A stretch of 64,000 nucleotides of DNA, from contig OZ210885.1 of assembly GCA_964658305.1 (NCBI GenBank), positions 20,832,001-20,896,000 of the forward strand, read 5' to 3'. Below the pieces are notes generated by a model that did no database searches, was not told where the DNA came from, and saw only the letters and a list, made by a program, of their open reading frames with translations. This document shows, one piece after another, positions 62,992-64,000 of the stretch (position 1 is its first letter; the number at the start of each line of letters is the position of its first letter). The position numbers were made by a program, and so were the translations under genes. Source of the stretch: Leptogorgia sarmentosa (lineage: Eukaryota).

Positions 62992-64000
62992 CTAATTATT
63001 GAAAACATGACTAAAGATAAAACTGTTCTTGCAACGTTCAGTCTTGCATTTTGGTAGTTTATATGATCTTTGACTCCTAAGAGAGTACTTAAGTATGTCC
63101 TTTTCAGGCAAAAGTGAGTACAATTTATGGTCTTTGTTTGCTTGGATCTCAGCGAAGAGCTTGGAGGAGATATCTTCTCTTCTTTCAGATAGTGTGGGTA
63201 AACCAGACGCGCAGATGGATTCAGCATAAGACAAATCAGGGTAGATGACCCGAAGAGCACGTCTTTGGAGACATTCCAGGTCATCACTCAGATAGGCTGG
63301 CAGAGCACGGTGGAAAACTGGGCTGGCATATTCCAAAATCGACCTGATACACGTACAGTAGAATAGAATGAGGTCTTCCGGGCCAACTCTCGATCTCTTG
63401 AGCTGCTTTAAACAATAAAGACGAGAAGCAGCTTTCTTTACCAGTTCAGATATATGAACATTCCACTTGAGATCATTACTAACGATCAGTCCCAAGATTT
63501 TAGCCCTGGACACAACTTCAAGGGGCTTGCCATTTACTTCTACTGGGCCATTAGTAGGCTGTTTCTTTGCAAAACAAATCCTGATCTCTTTGCACTTGCT
63601 TTCGTTAAGTTGGAAGTCGTTGGAGAGAGACTGTCTAGAAAGACAGTCTACAGCAGCTTCAATGTTACTGGTTTGGCCTTTCTCTTGCACCTCTAAAATT
63701 GTGGTGTCGTCTATGTATTTCCACATAGATACTCCCTGAAATCTGAGGTCGCTGATCATTTTTAGAAAGAGCCACGGGCCTAGTTTGGTCCCTTGGGGCA
63801 CCCCAGCAGGAACAGAAATCCATTCTGAATAGCAGTCATTCACAAGCTTGACACATTGCTTTCGGTTCATCAGAAAGTCTATGATCCAATATTGTACTTG
63901 TCGTGGGATGTCATACGCGGACATTTGCTGCACTAGGATGTTGTGGTTAATGAGGTCAAAAGCCTTGCGAAAGTCAAACAATACAACACGGTTCGTAGCT
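62992..64000 (-). CDS. LINE ORF2 reverse transcriptase C-terminal part (open to the window edge)
   Basis: FDFRKAFD, GVPQGTKLGPWLF, KYIDDT, IRSILEYASPVF. No stops in 329 aa. Confidence 0.85.
   Translation of the reverse strand, partial: ATNRVVLFDFRKAFDLINHNILVQQMSAYDIPRQVQYWIIDFLMNRKQCVKLVNDCYSEWISVPAGVPQGTKLGPWLFLKMISDLRFQGVSMWKYIDDTTILEVQEKGQTSNIEAAVDCLSRQSLSNDFQLNESKCKEIRICFAKKQPTNGPVEVNGKPLEVVSRAKILGLIVSNDLKWNVHISELVKKAASRLYCLKQLKRSRVGPEDLILFYCTCIRSILEYASPVFHRALPAYLSDDLECLQRRALRVIYPDLSYAESICASGLPTLSERREDISSKLFAEIQANKDHKLYSLLPEKDILKYSLRSQRSYKLPKCKTERCKNSFIFSHVFNN

Larger units (their letters stand above)
62190..64000 (-). mobile_element. L2/Crack (CR1-group) LINE 3' end with (TATC)n tail
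   Basis: RT ORF 62992 to >64000, 3' UTR ATTCAGCC..GGCTGCAA..AATAAA, then a microsatellite tail split by the mariner. Confidence 0.85.

Overview
AT-rich eukaryotic DNA with spliceosomal introns. The TE repertoire suggests an anthozoan cnidarian, but that is inference. I can support no intact host gene: the window is almost entirely a dense, nested transposon cluster. DNA transposons with both ends and TSDs: a 9.2-kb Sola3-like element with ~1.26-kb TIRs, two Kolobok elements (THAP-DDE transposase plus a convergent P2X7-C-terminal-like gene), a Harbinger, an AcademX-like element, and MITEs of Tc1/mariner, hAT, P, Mutator and Harbinger type. Partial DNA elements: Zator-like, IS3EU-like, Crypton and Helitron-like remnants. 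Retroelements: a Gypsy with 107-bp LTRs, BEL/Pao, three DIRS/Ngaro-type pieces, two CR1/L2-group LINEs and a V-domain tRNA SINE. Removing the nested inserts restores the interrupted reading frames at several sites. The most unusual structure is a split-direct-repeat tyrosine-recombinase retrotransposon (37059-40749). It recombined into a Crypton gene at a 4-bp ATTC core and carries an apparent spliceosomal intron in gag that holds a polarised array of ~110-bp hairpin-rich repeats. Family assignments come from motif recall, not database searches.
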